Shown here in pieces: positions 61,401 through 62,566 of a stretch of DNA of 62,566 nt. The notes under the pieces are model-generated. The model saw only the letters and a program-made list of their open reading frames with translations. It made no database searches and was not told the origin of the DNA. The position numbers were made by a program, and so were the translations under genes. The DNA lies in the NCBI RefSeq assembly GCF_000002075.1, contig NW_004798009.1, positions 11,403 through 73,968 on the forward strand. The letters run 5' to 3'. The DNA is from Aplysia californica (taxonomy: Eukaryota). Each line of letters begins with the position of its first letter. Positions within the stretch are counted from its first letter, which is position 1.

Positions 61401-62513
61401 AAGTTGATCATAATATGTTGTATAAAATTTGTTCCAGGTGCCATCAGTAGGCTTATGAAATTGTAATTTTGATGGTAAAATCGTTTTCCTAGAGCCTCAA
61501 ATATTAGAGAGGGATTGTGTTTACTCCAATAATCTGAACTCACCGCACCAAGAGGTTCAAGATTATTCAACTCGCAAATTGTATTTCATTAGTAAAAGAG
61601 GGTATACTCTTTAGCTTCTCTGCTTATCTGTTGTGCATTGCATCAGTAACCTCTAACTCAAAACCCCCTTCTCACCCAATTGTCTTTCATTTTAAATTAT
61701 TTACGGAGATCTCTGAAGGATTTTTTATGATGCTTGGCTTTTTTTCCAGCACCGGGAATTGAAACCGCAAATTCTTCTGTTAAAATTATGTTAAAATTTG
61801 AAATGCATAGTGAAAGTGTTTGTAACGCTGTCTACTTACAATTCAACAGCTTTAGGGGAATAAGCTAGTTACTAAGAGAACCAATTCTAAATGGGTTGGA
61901 GGGGGGGGGGGGGTGCAAACATCATGTGTGTTTGCTCGCTTTACAGTTTTCATGGAAGCAAACAAATAAGAAACCTGGAAGATTGTATGCTCACCATGGG
62001 TGTGTGCAATTCTGCATTCTTTCCCTATAGAGAAGTGATTTAATAGGTTTGAAATGTAACATATTCATATTGCCTCATTGCCAATAGTGCTCCATGCATT
62101 TCCGATGTGCACTTTCAAATTCACACTTCACATCCCCTCTTGCTCAGTACAGTAACACGGTACTGTAAGTTCTGTAAACAAAATATGTAAGTAAATGAAG
62201 GGGGAGGTATTTGAGTGATTGTTTGTCATGTGAATGGGTTTTACATAGCCTTGTAACTTTAATTTCAGTAATATTGTTTTTTTAAATTGAAGATTGTCAC
62301 ATGATTCACACCAGCACAAATACAATTAAATCATTTAGGAGTCCAGCTGCTTTGACGTAGTTAACTTGAGCTGAGTGGGATACAGCATCCCAGCTAACAG
62401 ACGGAGACACAATTAAAAACTTCCACACGTAGAAAATTGAATTTGGGACTTCTGCATTCAGCCATTAGGCCTACCCTGCACACTTTCAACGCAGAGGAAC
62501 TGGCAAGATCAGG

Positions 62514-62516
<3 letters not shown>

Positions 62517-62566
<50 letters not shown>
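62517..62566. repeat. (CT)n microsatellite at the window end
   Basis: Directly visible. Confidence 0.95.

Overview
Eukaryotic (invertebrate, probably mollusc-like) draft genomic DNA with three N-gaps. I traced three intron-containing genes by hand: the 5' part of TMEM117 (- strand, two coding exons, ~245-aa N-terminal extension), a complete RFWD3 RING/coiled-coil/WD40 E3 ligase (+, 13 coding exons, ~859 aa) and a complete CPSF3/CPSF73 endonuclease (-, 16 coding exons, 687 aa). There is also a probable first exon of an unidentified gene head-to-head with CPSF3. Introns hold a decayed Ty3/Gypsy element, RNase H-bearing and RTE-like LINE fragments, tRNA-derived SINEs and many MITEs with visible TIRs/TSDs (hAT, Mutator-like, P-like, Harbinger, Tc1/pogo), some nested four deep. 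The most unusual signal is a halo of TA-anchored palindromic units (TAGATCTA, TAGAGTCTA, TAGACTCTA, TAGATTCTA, TAGGCCTA, TAGCCTA, TACAGTA) concentrated around both inferred divergent promoters. Two in-window paralog pairs show such units as indels in older sequence. My hypothesis is that they are accumulated cut-and-paste transposon excision footprints marking germline open chromatin. All calls come from reading the sequence; no searches were run.
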